Assembly (NCBI GenBank): GCA_002269645.1
Contig: NIVC01000441.1
Coordinates: forward strand, 62,001 to 126,000
DNA length: 64,000 bases
Origin: Macrostomum lignano
Lineage: Eukaryota
Reading direction: 5' to 3'
Shown: one piece after another, positions 37,201 through 50,100 of the stretch
How positions within the stretch are numbered: position 1 is the first letter of the stretch
Layout: each line of letters begins with the position of its first letter
The notes under the pieces: generated by a model
What the model was told of the DNA's origin: nothing
Databases searched by the model: none
What the model saw: the letters and a program-made list of their open reading frames with translations, nothing else
Position numbers and translations under genes: made by a program

Positions 37201-39912
37201 TGTAGCTATCCTGGAACCTATTCTGTAGCTACCCTGAAACCCATTCTGTAGCTACCCTGGATCCCCATTCTGTAGCTACCCTGGAACACATTCTGTAGCT
37301 ATCCTGAAACAACATTCTGTATCTACCCTGGAACCCATTCTGTAGCTACCCTGGAACCCATTCTGTAGCTACCCTGGAACCCATTCTGTAGCTACCCTAG
37401 AACCCCATTCTGTAGCTACCCTAGAACCCCATTCTGTAGCTACCCTGGATCCCCATTCTGTAGCTACCCTGGAGCCCCATTCTGTAGCTACCCTAGAACC
37501 CCATTCTGTAGCTACCCTGGAATCCCATTCTGTAGCTACCCTGGAACCCCATTCTGTAGCTACCCTGGAACCCCATTCTGTAGCTACCCTGGAACCCCAT
37601 TCTGTAGCTACCCTGGAACCCCATTCTGTAGCTACCCTGGAACCCCATTCTGTAGCTACCCTGGAACCCCATTCTGTAGCTACCCTGGAACCCCATTCTG
37701 TAGCTACCCTGGAACCCATTCTGTAGCTACCCTGGATCCCCATTCTGTAGCTACCCTGGAACCTTATTCTGTAGCTACCCTGGAACCCCATTCTGTAGCT
37801 ATCCTGAAACCCCATTCTGTATCTACCCTGAATCCCCCTTCTGTAGCTACCCTGGAACCCATTCTGTAGCTACCCTGGAACCCATTCTGTAGCTACCCTG
37901 GATCCCCATTCTGTAGCTACCCTGGAACCCATTATGTAGCTACCTTGATTCCCCTTCTGTAGTTACCTTGGAACCCCATTCTGTAGCTATCCTGAAACCC
38001 CATTCTGTATCTACCCTGAATCCCCCTTCTGTAGCTACCCTGGAACCCCATTCTGTAGCTACCCTGAATCCCCCTTCTGTAGCTACCCTGGAACACATTC
38101 TGTAGCTATCCTGAAACCCCATTCTGTATCTACCCTGGAACCCATTCTGTAGCTACCCTGGAACCCCATTCTATAGCTACCCTGGAACCCATTCTGTAGC
38201 TACCCTGGATCCCCCTTCTGTAGCTACCCTGGAACACATTCTGTATCTACCCTGGAATCCCTTTCTGTAGCTATCCTGGAACCTATTCTGTAGCTACCCT
38301 GGAACCCATTCTGTAGCTACCCTGGAACCCATTCTGTAGCTACCCTGGAACCCATTCTGTAGCTACCCTGGAACCCATTCTGTAGCTACCCTGGAACCCA
38401 TTCTGTAGCTACCCTAGAACCCCATTCTGTAGCTACCCTAGAACCCCATTCTGTAGCTACCCTGGAACCCCATTCTGTAGCTACCCTGGATCCCCATTCT
38501 GTAGCTACCCTGGATCCCCATTCTGTAGCTACCCTGGAGCCCCATTCTGTAGCTACCCTGGAGCCCCATTCTATAGCTACCCTGGAACCCCATTCTGTAG
38601 CTACCCTGGAACCCCATTCTGTAGCTACCCTGGAACCCCATTCTGTAGCTACCCTGGAACCCCATTCTGTAGCTACCCTAGAACCCCATTCTGTAGCTAC
38701 CCTGGAACCCATTCTGTAGCTACCCTGGAACCCCATTCTGTAGCTACCCTGGAACCCATTCTGTAGCTACCCTGGAACCCCATTCTGTAGCTACCCTGGA
38801 ACCCATTCTGTAGCTACCCTGGAACCCCATTCTGTATCTACCCTGGAACCCATTCTGTAGCTACCCTGGAACCCCATTCTGTAGCTACCCTGGAACCACA
38901 TTCTGTAGCTACCCTGGAACCCCATTCTGTAGCTACCCTGGATCCCCATTCTGTAGCTACCCTGGAACCCAATCTGTTGCTACCCTGGAACAGATTCTGT
39001 AGCTACCCTGGAACCCCATTCTGTAGCTACCCTGGAACCCATTCTGTATCTACCCTGGAACCCATTCTGTAGCTACCCTGAATCCCCCTTCTGTAGCTAC
39101 CCTGGAACACATTCTGTAGCTATCCTGAAACCCCATTCTGTATCTACACTGGAACCCATTCTGTAGCTACCCTGGAACCCCATTCTGTAGCTACCCTGGA
39201 ACCCATTCTGTAGCTACCCTAGAACCCCATTCTGTAGCTACCCTAGAACCCCATTCTGTAGCTACCTTGGAACCCCATTCTGTAGCTACCCTGGAACCTA
39301 TTCTGTAGCTACCCTGGAACCTATTCTGTAGCTACCCTGGAACCCCATTCCGTAGCTACCCTGGAATCCCATTCTGTAGCTACCTTAGAACCCCATTCTG
39401 TAGCTACCCTGGAACCCCATTCTGTAGCTACCCTGGAACCCATTCTGTAGCTACCCTAGAACCCCATTCTGTAGCTACCCTGGAACCCCATTCTGTAGCT
39501 ACCCTGGAACCCATTCTGTAGCTACCCTAGAACCCCATTCTGTAGCTACCCTGGAACCCCATTCTGTAGCTACCTTGGAACCCCATTCTGTAGCTACCCT
39601 GGAACCCCATTCTGTAGCTACCCTGGAACCCATTCTGTAGCTACCTTGGAACCCCATTCTGTAGCTACCCTGGAACCCCATTCTGTAGCTACCCTGGAAC
39701 CCATTCTGTAGCTACCCTGGAACCCATTCTGTAGCTACCCTGGAACCCCATTCTGTAGCTACCCTGGAACCCCATTCTGTAGCTACCCTGGAACCCCATT
39801 CTGTAGCTACCCTGGAACCCATTCTGTAGCTACCTTGGAACCCATTTTGTAGCTACCCTGGAACCCCATTCTGTAGCTACCCTGGAACCCATTCTGTAGC
39901 TACCCTGGAACC
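34251..39912. repeat. 5.7-kb satellite of 23/24-bp units (CTGTAGCTACCCTGGAACCCCATT), roughly 240 copies
   Basis: Continuous tandem array with recurring blocks of variant units. Confidence 0.98.
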
Positions 39913-40831
39913 TAACCGCTACGAGCGTATTTTGGCGCTATGAAATTTTCCGGCTTGTAAAGTTGTTGAGATCTGTGTAACTGTTTTCTTTAGACTTTCA
40001 AATCTTCAGAAATTGAGATTAAGGATTTTCTGCCGACCGACTTCATAAACAGAGTTGAGTAAATAAGGCAAATCTTCAGCTGCTAAAGTAATTAAATTTT
40101 GCTATTTTTTCAGAGAATCTATGAGGAGGATTGAGGAAATGTGAGAAGGCTTGCATTTCTAGGAAATCCTTTTTCTTTGAAATCTCGCAGCGCGTAACGA
40201 ATCGAATCTGCTGCTTATAATTTAGTTGCCAAGGAGACCATGAACTAAGAATCTGGAGTGCTAACTCTATGGAAATCGTAGAAGGCTATGAGTCTGTGAT
40301 GACCTAGAGGGTTCTAGCCATAGACATAGTCTGGATTCTTTATATAAAACTAAGGTTATAAGTTCGGTTCCATCTACAGACGTACATCCAGCTACGCCAG
40401 ATCCTGTTCGTATTCAAGCGCATTTGTCTTTCTGCAGGTTCCTTCTGTCGGCCCTCTGACGTGTATTTAAGTTGGTCATCCAGATTCTTAGAAATGTGAA
40501 ATATGAAGATTTGAACAGCTGCGGGGAGGCTCCCGCAGATTCTCTACCGGAAATTGAATCCGGCATACTACTCGGCAGGGAAACAGCAAGGCTGATGCCG
40601 ACCTTTATTTACATATGCCAAGGACGCCTAAGGCTATACTTGGACTGGACTGGAGACCACTTTTTATTATTTAGTTACAAAAAATTAACAGCTTATTTAG
40701 CTTTAAATAAATCCCATAGACAACTGAAATAAAGGAAAGACTCTTGAAAATCGTGTGAATTTGGCTGGAAGCCGGTTATCGCAGCTATTTTTGTTTTTTA
40801 GCAATATCACATCTTTTAGACTTATGTGATA

Positions 40832-41150
40832 GGGGGTTTTAGCCGAGAGTTTAGAGCGTCGGACTCACGAATGGAAGGTCAGGGGTTCGATTCCCGATCC
40901 CACTGGAACAATTTGTGTCCTTGAGCAAGACACTTAACTCTGCTTTGCTTCAGCTCACCCAGCTTTAAAATGGGTGCCAGCATTAGCTGGGGTAATTGAG
41001 GGTGTGTGTGGCGACCCCCCAGTCCTTGGACTGAACAGCCGTACGCAGCCTTCAGATGCGCCGCGTAATACGAGTAGCTGCGGCTGAGCTGTCGGTTGCA
41101 CATTTGGCCCAATTGGGGCCGGTTTAATCAATTACAATATTATCATTATT
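40832..41150 (+). mobile_element. tRNA-derived SINE with a conserved central core
   Basis: A box TAGCCGAGAGTTT, B box GGTTCGATTCC (40884-40894), core GTGTCCTTGAGCAAGACACTTAAC of the kind found in widespread metazoan SINE superfamilies, and an AT-rich tail. Confidence 0.8.
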
Positions 41151-41714
41151 AAATGGACTTATGAATTCGAAATGCTTTGTCCAAGTCGCACTCAAGTTTA
41201 TCAAGCTACGCGTATTTCTTAGTTGCTGTAGCGTCCCTCTGCTTCTACTTTTGTAGTCCATTTTCCCGGTTCGGCTACCAGTCCGGAGCCACTTCCAGCG
41301 GTCCCTGACTCAATCCCCTCTTGCACGCAAATCGATAATTTCATTTTCCATCTCAAATACCTCATACTGCCAGGTTGCATGGGGACAGCTGTAAGGGCTT
41401 CTTAGAGAAATAGTTTTTTTCTTTAAACACTTGAGAGTTGGTTGAGTGCGGCAGCTTCGCGATTCTGCAGTGCAGTGCGACGCCTGCCTGTAAGTAAGGA
41501 CTAAAATTCGATTGTACTTTTGAAACCTGCAAGCAGCCGAGGCCAAACACACAAGTGACGCAAATGCAGGCCTAAAGGCGGTGCGTTTAAACCGGAAATT
41601 ACACCTGTAATTATAACCAGCGCCTGGTTCGAGTTTAGAGCATCGTTTTCGCTTCTTACTTACTCGAATATCAGCAGCTACCGGCTGCTCTCATCATCAG
41701 CGAGCATTCAGGGC

Positions 41715-42750
41715 GATTCTCAATGATTGAGGGGCGATTCTCAATGATTAAGGGGCAATTCTCAATGACTAAGGGGCAATTCTCAATGATTAAGGGGCGA
41801 TTCTCAATTATTAAGGGGCGATTCTCAATGACTAAGGGGCGATTCTCAATGCTTGACTAAGGGGCGATTCTCAATGACTAAGGGGTGATTATTAATGATT
41901 AAGGGGTGATTATTAATGATTAAGGGGCGATTCTCAATGATTAAGGGGCAATTCTCAATGATTAAGGGGCAATTCTCAATGACTAAGGGGCAATTCTCAA
42001 TGATTAAGGGGCAATTCTCAATGACTAAGGGGTGATTATTAATGATTAAGGGGTGATTATTAATGATTAAGGGGCGATTCTCAATGATTAAGGGGCGATT
42101 CTCAATGATTAAGGGGCGATTCTCAATGATTAAGGGGCAATTCTCAATGACTAAGGGGCGATTCTCAATGACTAAGGGGCGATTATCAATGACTAAGGGG
42201 CGATTCTCAATGACTAAGGGGTGATTCTCAATGATTAAGAGGATATTATTAATGATTAAGGGCTATTCTCAATGATTAAGGGGCGATTCTCAATGATTAA
42301 GGGGCGATTCTCAATGATTAAGGGCTATTCTCAATGATTAAGGGGCGATTCTCAATGATTAAGGGGCGATTCTCAATGACTAAGGGGACTAAGGGGCGAT
42401 TCTCAATGACTAAGGGGACTAAGGGGCGATTCTCAATGATTAAGGGGCGATTCTCAATGATTAAGAGGATATTATCAATGATTAAGGGGCTATTCTCAAT
42501 GATTAAGGGGCGATTCTCAATGATTAAGGGGCAATTCTCAATGATTAAGGGGCAATTCTCAATGACTAAGGGGCGATTCTCAATGACTAAGGGGACTAAG
42601 GGGCGATTCTCAATGATTAAGGGGCGATTCTCAATGATTAAGGGGCAATTCTCAATGATTAAGGGGCAATTCTCAATGATTAAGGGGCAATTCTCAATGA
42701 TTAAGGGGCAATTCTCAATGATTAAGGGGCAATTCTCAATGATTAAGGGA
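41715..42750. repeat. 21-bp minisatellite (AAGGGGCGATTCTCAATGATT), ~49 copies
   Basis: Direct tandem array. Confidence 0.97.
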
Positions 42751-44164
42751 GTAAGGGAGTAAGGGAATCAATGAAATGAGTCAGCTTAATCAAACAGTGT
42801 ATAATTTTGCTCTCATTTTTATGCCCGCAAAATCCTGGTCAAGACTATCATGAATTCTTTAAGGGTGTCAACTCCCACCCTCCCTCCGTGCTTCTGCGGC
42901 AGCTCAGAAGCTCAGCGGGGTGAATATGGGAAGCATCTCAGCTTCTCAAGCCTATTAAAAGCCACGTTTACGTACTAACCGCGGCCAACTTTGCTTAACT
43001 TACAGCGCTAGCAGGTAGATAATGTACAAAAATAACGAAAATAAGTTAGAAAGTATCTTATAAAAGTACAGTTAACCAGCAACAAGTCATATTCTCTATG
43101 AATATTGACTGCCGCTATTCTTTTTGGGGCATGAAAATCTAGAATCTGTCTACTTATGTCAGTAGTACGAGCTGTATTACGCGCGGGATATTAATATATT
43201 ATCTATCACACAATTTGAACGGTTAAAAAACAGTTTAATATTAATATGCAGGCAGGTAGCAACGGAAACACAATAGCTAGTAAAAATCTATCAAGATATA
43301 AAATTGATTTGATTTGACTTGCTACGTTTTGCTACTAGTACAAAGCACAAAGACAAGATCCTCGTGGAGTTGTTGTTAAAATTAGTATGGCTTCAGTCGT
43401 CATTCAAAACCGAGAGCCTGCTGAGCAAAGACAGGTTTGGGCCATAGACAAAGTCGTAGCGTGTTGTCTCTGGCCCAACCTGTCTCTGATCTGCAGGCTT
43501 GCAGATTTGAAGGTCCGCTTCTCAAACTTGGCATGGCAAAAGCAGTGTGGCTACCAATGCTCATCTAGCAGACACTTTCTTCGTGTAGGTAAAAATTAGT
43601 TCGATATTTTACAACATCTAAATTTGTATTGCAACTAATCTGCAAAATAATATCAATACTAAAAAGCACAACAAAAAATACTTTGCTCAACTTCTACAGG
43701 CCAGAGAAATATTCCTTCGAAATCGAAAAATTAAAGAGAAAATAAAAAAAGTGACCATTGCTCTTAGCAACAATTGAAAGCAGAAATCGAACAGTTAAAA
43801 ACAATAATCTTTCGGAAAGCAACAACACAAACACAGTTTGTCCAATGAATGGGTCAAACTTTTAGGCAGATTAACCCCGAGAACTGAGAGCGTGCCAATA
43901 TTGAATATGAAATTCTTTTTCAGACTCGGAGCACAGCAAATCTGAATTACTTGCTAGCGAAAACAATTTTCCTGAAATTTGCAACTCTACTCACAGTAGC
44001 CAGTGTTAAGCATATCAATCTAGAGGCCGATATGAAGACAAGGACCACTGTAGTATAACATAAATAAAAACTCAAAGATCTTGCATTTTTGGAGGCCTAT
44101 TTCCTACAAAAAATACAAGAAGGGAGTCCGGTAGGGTTGAAGAGAGGTTGATAGGGTTTAAGGG

Positions 44165-46708
44165 TCCAGCAGTGCGCCACCCCCCAGCTACTCCAGCTGG
44201 CAGCAAATTCTTTTAAACCGTATAAATCGTCTGGCCCTGACAATATCGCCCCCTGTATCCTGCAGGAGGCGCTAAAGCTGCAAAACTTTGCTGATTCTTT
44301 CTCTAAATTGCTTGTTGACTGTTATACCACAGGTTACATTCCCACAATCTGGAGAATGTCCAGAGTCGTGTTCATCCCGAAACCTGCTAAGGGTGACTAC
44401 ACCAACGTGAAATCCTTCCGGCCCATCAGCCTCACTTCCTTTTGTGTTAAGCTGATGGAGAGGCTCATCCTGTGGAGGCTTCGAGAGTGCGACCTGCGCT
44501 CCGACCCTGTCAGTAAGTACCAGTACGCCTTCCAGTCTGGGAGGACGACTGAGCATGCTCTCCACGCCATTACCTCCAAAATTGAGAGTGCCATCCTTAG
44601 CAAACAACTCGCTTGCGGGTTGTTCGTTGACTTCGAAGGAGCATTTGACAATGTCCTCTTCCGCTCCTTCAGAAATTCTCTTTCCCGCAGGAATGTAAGA
44701 CACAGCATTGTTCGCTGGATTTATTTTATGATCCGCAAAAGGTTTGTGACATCCACACTTATGGGCGTTACCCTCACCCGGGCGGTGATGAAAGGCGGCC
44801 CGCAAGGTGGCGTGCTAACTCCACTTCTCTGGAATCTCGTCATGGACGAACTTCTAACCGCTGACATTCCCAGCAGTATCACCAGGGCGGGCTACGCCGA
44901 TGACGTTGCCGCGGTCGTCAGCGGACCCGACCCCGCCACTCTGCGCAACCTGATGCAGCAATTCGCCGACAAGGCGGCCGACTGGGCTACACAGCATGGC
45001 CTAAAAATCAGCGTCACTAAGACTGTCGCTGTCGTTTTCACCAAGCGCCGTAAGTGGGAGATGAAAAACCTCACTGTCTATGGCAGAAACATCCCCTTCA
45101 AGAAGGAGGTCAAATACCTCGGTGTGACGCTAACGCATGACCTGCGCTGGACGAAGCACCTTGATAACGTCATCGGTCGGGCAAAACGCTGCTTTGCCCA
45201 GCTGCGCAGAGCCATCGGGCCGACTTGGGGCCTCTCGCCTAGAACGGTCCGTTGGATTTATACCGGCATCATCCGGCCCAGTATCACATACGCGAGTCTC
45301 ATCTGGACTAGCGTGCTGGAGCAGAAGGCCGCCCGTCAGCGGCTGTACCAGCTTCAGGGCAGCATTTGCCGTGCCATCACAGGTGCGTACCCGTCCACCC
45401 CTTACGAGGGGCTGAACACTATCCTTAACCTACCTCCGCTTCACCTATTTATTAGGGCGGAGGCTATGAAGTCTGCCTCCCGGCTTATCAGAGATAAAAC
45501 GTTGAATAACGCGCCCTCTGGCTTTATGCCAATGAAAACATTAATCCCGCATATGGACTTTGTCCGCCGCGACCTTAACAACATCCACATGGACCTGGGC
45601 AATGTGGATAGTCGACCTCCCGCCCTCAACATCAGGAGGGGCTTCAAGACCGCCATCCCTGGCCGAGACAACATTCCGCTGGATGTCGGTGTGAACCGGC
45701 GCAGCCAGGGCATTCACTGCTTCACCGACGGCTCGCTGTTCAACGGCCGCGCTGGAGCGGGTATTGCCATTTTCCACGAGGGTAAGATGCTTCTCCAGGA
45801 AAGTCTGCACCTCGGTGAGAACACCTCAGTTTTCCAAGCTGAAATTTGCGCCATCGAGCAGTGTGCCCAGCAACTGTTTCAGGCGAACATTAATAATTTT
45901 GACATTAATTTCTACACTGATAGCCAAGCTGCTATTAAGGCCTTAACCACTGAGAATATCTCCGCTGCTACAGTATCTCAATGCCACCGCAGTGTGCAAT
46001 CTCTCTCAGTCCTTAACAGGATTAGAATTATCTGGACACCTGGTCACAGCAACATCCTGGGCAACGAGCTCGCAGACTCTCTCGCCAAGGAGGGCAGCAA
46101 CCCAGACGGCAACCACCGTCTGATGAGGCTACCCACCCCCAGGTCGCAAGTCACCCGCCATATCAACAGGTGGCTCCATCAGCAGCACCAGCTCCACTGG
46201 AACAGCTGCACCGAGTACAGGCAGAGCCGCTCTGCCATGCCTAACCTGAACAGGAAAGTCTCTGATTATCTGATTTCGCTTAACAGAACCGACCTCAGGG
46301 AGATGTGCATGGTCCTAACTGGCCACGGATTCTTCCAGAGACATATATCGTTGCAAACCGGTTGCCCTCCCACCTGCCCCTTCTGTGGCATAGGAGAGGA
46401 GACCGCGGAGCATCACGTCACCTTCTGCCCTTACTTCAACAAGGCGCGGCACAAATACCTCGGCCACCCCCAGCGGATGGACGAGCTGACCACCGCGGAC
46501 AATATCCGAGACCTCCGCGCCTTCGTCCGGGACTCCGGCCGGATGAGGGTCGCCGATGCCTCCACTGCGGACCTGCCGACTACTGGCGGGGACTGGGCGC
46601 ACCCCCAAGGCTAATCCTTGTGCTCTTTTACCTTGGGGTTGCGATAGGGGCCTCGCGGCCTATTCGCGGCGCCTGCGCCCCCCGTCAGTAGTAAGTAAGT
46701 AAAGTAAG
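44165..46708 (+). mobile_element. 5'-truncated non-LTR retrotransposon, RT + RNase H + C-terminal zinc knuckle (R1/LOA/Tad/I group)
   Basis: Open frame from ~[11 protein letters not shown] (44215) to TAA at 46614, with QGG, YADD, FTDGS, QAEICAI, TDSQAA, WTPGH..GNELAD and CPFC..E...H...C. (GTAA)n tail at 46688-46710; candidate 13-bp TSD TAGGGTTTAAGGG. No endonuclease domain in the insert. Confidence 0.95.
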
Positions 46709-47067
46709 TAGGGTTTAAGGGAGGCCCAAAGGGTTGAAGGGAGGCCCATAGGGTTTAAGAGAGGCCCATAGGGTGGAAGGGAGGCCCATCGGGTTGAAGG
46801 GAGTCAGATTAGGTTAAATGTAGGCCCATAGGGTTTAAGGGAGGTCGATAGGGTTGAAGGGAGGCCGAAAGGGTTAAAGGTAGGCCCATAGGGTTGAAGG
46901 GAGGCCCATAGGGTTGAAGGGAGGCCCATAGGGTTGAAGGGAGGCCCATAGGGTTGAAGGGAGGCCCATAGGATTGAAGGGAGGGCGAAAAGGTTGAAGG
47001 GTGAAGGGAGGCCCATAGGATTGAAGGGAGTCCGATAGGGTCGAAGGGAGGCCCATAGGGTTGAAGG
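46709..47067. repeat. 20-bp G-rich minisatellite (TAGGGTTGAAGGGAGGCCCA), with a remnant at 44118-44164
   Basis: Tandem units on both sides of the LINE. Confidence 0.92.
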
Positions 47068-47118
47068 CCAGGGCAGCGGGCACAGGGCATCTCCATGCTA
47101 CGAGTTTCCCAGTCCAGC

Positions 47119-50100
47119 TCAGACCCCGAACGCCTGTCGCAAAGTCTCGTAGGCTGCAAATGACACGCCAGCGGTCGGCACCACCCTCACGTAGTTCAGC
47201 GACAGGCCGCGGTACAGCCCGGCTGCCACACCGTAGCGGCTGTACAGCTGCGACAGCGTGGCCGCGGCTCCCGCTGCCGGGACTTCAGCCAAGCTGAAAC
47301 GGCCAGGAGCGCCCGCCACCTGCAATTGAGAGTGACAGTGTCCTTGTTATGGAGTGACAGTGACAGCACACACACAGTCAGTGCCAGTGCCCGCGCACAC
47401 ACACAGTCAGTGCCAGTGCCCGCGCACACACAGTCAGTGCGAGTGCCCGCACACACACAGTCAGTGCCAGTGCCCGCACACACACACACCAGTCAGTGCC
47501 AGTGCCCGCGCACACACAGTCAGTGCCAGTGCCCGCACACACACACACCAGTCAGTGCCAGTGCCCGCACACACACAGTCAGTGCCAGTGCCCGCGCACA
47601 CAAAGTCAGTGCCAGTGCCCGCGCACACACAGTCAGTGCGAGTGCCCGCGCACACACAGTGCAAGTGCCCGCGCACACACAGTCAGTGCCAGACCTGCAT
47701 GTATCGCCGGGCGCAGTCCAGTGGGTAGCTGACTGTCTGGGCGGCAGCTCCGGCCAGGCCACCAATCAGGGGTCGAGCCCAGGTGCACAGTCGAGCAGGC
47801 GACTCGTCGTCGTCCCTTACGGCGAACAGACCCGGCCAGCGCTCCACGGCCTGCCTCTGAAGCCAGTGGAAGGCGCAGAAGCTCACGCCGGCGTAAGGCG
47901 CCATGCCAAGCAGACTGGGCGCCAGGCCGGCGAACAGGGCGCGCTGGGTGCGCAGGTGGCGCAGACAGTCGGCGATGCCCGAATAGTTGCTATGCGGATG
48001 CTCGGCGCAGCCGGCCGACTGATAAGCCAGTCGAGTTCGAACAACGTCCAGTGGATAAGTGAGCGACACTGCCGTCATGCCTGCGGTGTATTAGGAGCTG
48101 TGAGTCTTGGTGTCTGTCTGCATGTCTTAGTGTCCTGGGTGTCTGTCTGCATGTCTTAGTGTCCTGGGTGTCTGTCTGCATGTCTTAGTGTCCTGGGTGT
48201 CTGTCTGTGTGTCTTAGTGTCCTGGGTGTCTGTCTGTGTGTCTTAGTGTCCTGGGTGTCTGTCTGCATGTCTTAGTGTCCTGGGTGTCTGTCTGCATGTC
48301 TTAGTGTCCTGGGTGTCTGTCTGTGTGTCTTAGTGTCCTGGGTGTCTGTCTGTGTGTCTTAGTGTCCTGGGTGTCTGTCTGCATGTCTTAGTGTCCTGGG
48401 TGTCTGTCTGTGTGTCTTAGTGTCCTGGGTGTCTGTCTGTGTGTCTTAGTGTCCTGGGTGTCTGTCTGTGTGTCTTAGTGTCCTGGGTGTCTGTCTGTGT
48501 GTCTTAGTGCCCTTAGTGTCTGTCTGAATGTCTTAGTGTCCTTGGTGCCTGTCTGCATGTCTTAGTGTCCTGGGTGTCTGTCTGTGTGTCTTAGTGTCCT
48601 GGGTGTCTGTCTGTGTGTCTTAGTGTCCTGGGTGTCTGTCTGTGTGTCTTAGTGTCCTGGGTGTCTGTCTGTGTGTCTTAGTGCCCTTAGTGTCTGTCTG
48701 AATGTCTTAGTGTCCTTGGTGCCTGTCTGCATGTCTTAGTGTCCTGGGTGTCTGTCTGTGTGTCTTAGTGCCCTGGGTGTCTGCCTGCATGTCTTAGTGC
48801 CCTTGGTGTCTGTCTGTGTGTCTTAGTGTCCTTGGTGTCTGTCTGCATGTCTTAGTGTCCTGGGTGTCTGTCTGTGTGTCTTAGTGCCCTTGGTGTCTGT
48901 CTGCATGTCTTAGTGTCCTGGGTGTCTGTCTGCATGTCTTAGTGCCCTTGGTGTCTGTCTGTGTGTCTTAGTGTCCTGGGTGTCTGTCTGTGTGTCTTAG
49001 TGTCCTGGGTGTCTGTCTGTGTGTCTTAGTGTCCTGGGTGTCTGTCTGTGTGTCTTAGTGTCCTGGGTGTCTGTCTGTGTGTCTTAGTGCCCTTAGTGTC
49101 TGTCTGAATGTCTTAGTGTCCTTGGTGCCTATCTGCATGTCTTAGTGTCCTGGGTGTCTGTCTGTGTGTCTTAGTGTCCTGGGTGTCTGTCTGTGTGTCT
49201 TAGTGTCCTGGGTGTCTGTCTGTGTGTCTTAGTGCCCTTAGTGTCTGTCTGAATGTCTTAGTGTCCTTGGTGCCTATCTGCATGTCTTAGTGTCCTGGGT
49301 GTCTGTCTGTGTGTCTTAGTGTCCTGGGTGTCTGTCCGTGTGTCTTAGTGTCCTGGGTGTCTGTCTGCATGTCTTAGTGTCCTGGGTGTCTGTCTGTGTG
49401 TCTTAGTGTCCTGGGTGTCTGTCTGTGTGTCTTAGTGTCCTGGGTGTCTGTCTGTGTGTCTTAGTGTCCTGGGTGTCTGTCTGTGTGTCTTAGTGTCCTG
49501 GGTGTCTGTCTGTGTGTCTTAGTGTCCTGGGTGTCTGTCTGTGTGTCTTAGTGTCCTGGGTGTCTGTCTGTGTGTCTTAGTGCCCTTAGTGTCTGTCTGA
49601 ATGTCTTAGTGTCCTTGGTGCCTGTCTGCATGTCTTAGTGTCCTGGGTGTCTGTCTGTGTGTCTTAGTGCCCTGGGTGTCTGTCTGCATGTCTTAGTGCC
49701 CTTGGTGTCTGTCTGTGTGTCTTAGTGTCCTGGGTGTCTGTCTGCATGTCTTAGTGTCCTTGGTGTCTGTCTGCATGTCTTAGTGCCCTTGGTGTCTGTC
49801 TGTGTGTCTTAGTGTCCTGGGTGTCTGTCTGCATGTCTTAGTGTCCTTGGTGTCTGTCTGCATGTCTTAGTGCCCTTGGTGTCTGTCTGTGTGTCTTAGT
49901 GTCCTTGGTGCCTGTCTGCATGTCTTAGTGTCCTGGGTGTCTGTCTGTGTGTCTTAGTGCCCTTAGTGTCTGTCTGCATGTCTTAGTGTCCTGGGTGTCT
50001 GTCTGCATGTCTTAGTGCCCTTGGTGTCTGTCTGTGTGTCTTAGTGTCCTTGGTGCCTGTCTGTGTGTCTTAGTGTCCTGGGTGTCTGTCTGTGTGTCTT

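Noticed and set aside
21277-41150. tRNA-like sequences at 21570-21640, 22751-22830 and 40832-40905 as tRNA genes
   Set aside because: Acceptor stems do not close and each continues into a SINE body or tail; one has a TSD and a second truncated copy.
41310-41552. ORF with ISLRSPYSCPHA, faintly like the pre-RT region of gypsy pol
   Set aside because: Similarity is too weak and there are no flanking RT motifs.
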